Assembly: GCA_973851085.1 (NCBI GenBank)
Contig: OZ316775.1
Coordinates: 19,902,001-19,966,000 of the forward strand
Source of the DNA: Ptychomitrium polyphyllum
Taxonomy: Eukaryota
Direction of reading: 5' to 3'
Length of the DNA: 64,000 nucleotides
The notes under the pieces are model-generated. The model had not been told where the DNA came from. It ran no database searches and saw only the letters and a list, made by a program, of their open reading frames with translations. The position numbers and the translations under genes are program-made. Position 1 is the first letter of the stretch. Each line of letters starts with the position of its first letter. Positions 63,718-64,000 of this stretch are shown here, one piece after another.

Positions 63718-64000
63718 TTAAACGTGCTCTACTTTGGAATCGTGTTCAGAAGAGCGGCGTTCAGCCTGCTTGTATGTGTACCACCTCGCCATAATGAAGA
63801 AGAATATACAGTTCACCGCTGCCATTGTGGTCAGCAGCCAGTAATACTTATCCAACCGGGACTGGTTAGTATTGGGCTGAATCCACTGTCTCCCGTCGTC
63901 TCTCCCTGTGACTTTGCCCAAAATTTTGACAATCAGAGTACACAAGAAGTGAGCAACCCCTGTGTTGGTCAAGAAGAGCGCTGTCCCTATGCTTTGCATG
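63718..64000 (-). CDS. NPF: 3' end of an NRT1/PTR family (NPF) transporter
   Basis: MQSIGTALFL...W..NTNQSRLDKYYWLL...N...F...ARWYTYK is the typical NPF C-terminus. The gene runs off the window. Confidence 0.9.
   Translation of the reverse strand, partial: MQSIGTALFLTNTGVAHFLCTLIVKILGKVTGRDDGRQWIQPNTNQSRLDKYYWLLTTMAAVNCIFFFIMARWYTYKQAERRSSEHDSKVEHV

Overview
Eukaryotic plant DNA, most consistent with a moss such as Physcomitrium patens (inferred from gene content, intron style and LTR-retrotransposon types). Positions 1-27001 are one nested LTR-retrotransposon island that target-site duplications (TSDs) resolve almost completely. An old non-chromovirus Ty3/Gypsy (A, minus) contains two LTRs of a GC-rich family (D) and a complete chromovirus (C, 7076-26239, TSD AGTAC). 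C carries a second complete chromovirus (B, 7484-15871, TSD GAACC) inside its 3' LTR. B and C between them hold another D solo LTR, a C-family solo LTR and three ~1.55-kb elements (X) that all sit at ACG[T/C] with 4-bp TSDs. Positions 27-64 kb are gene space: an F-box/LRR gene, a RING E3 ligase, a CCCH/FG nucleoporin (NUP42/CG1-like), a plastid envelope protein, DGAT2, a coiled-coil protein and the end of an NPF transporter. Three pseudogenes are missing or only partly captured in the ORF track: an RLK last exon, a tandem Agenet gene and a fungal-type fruit-body lectin. Best leads: (1) a homologous extra ORF between chromodomain and PPT in two diverged chromovirus families, (2) the fungal-type lectin relic just behind the nucleoporin stop codon, (3) the ACGY-targeting X family with a tRNA-like core, (4) Tf1-type self-priming signals. 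All homology calls are by eye from remembered motifs; no searches were run.
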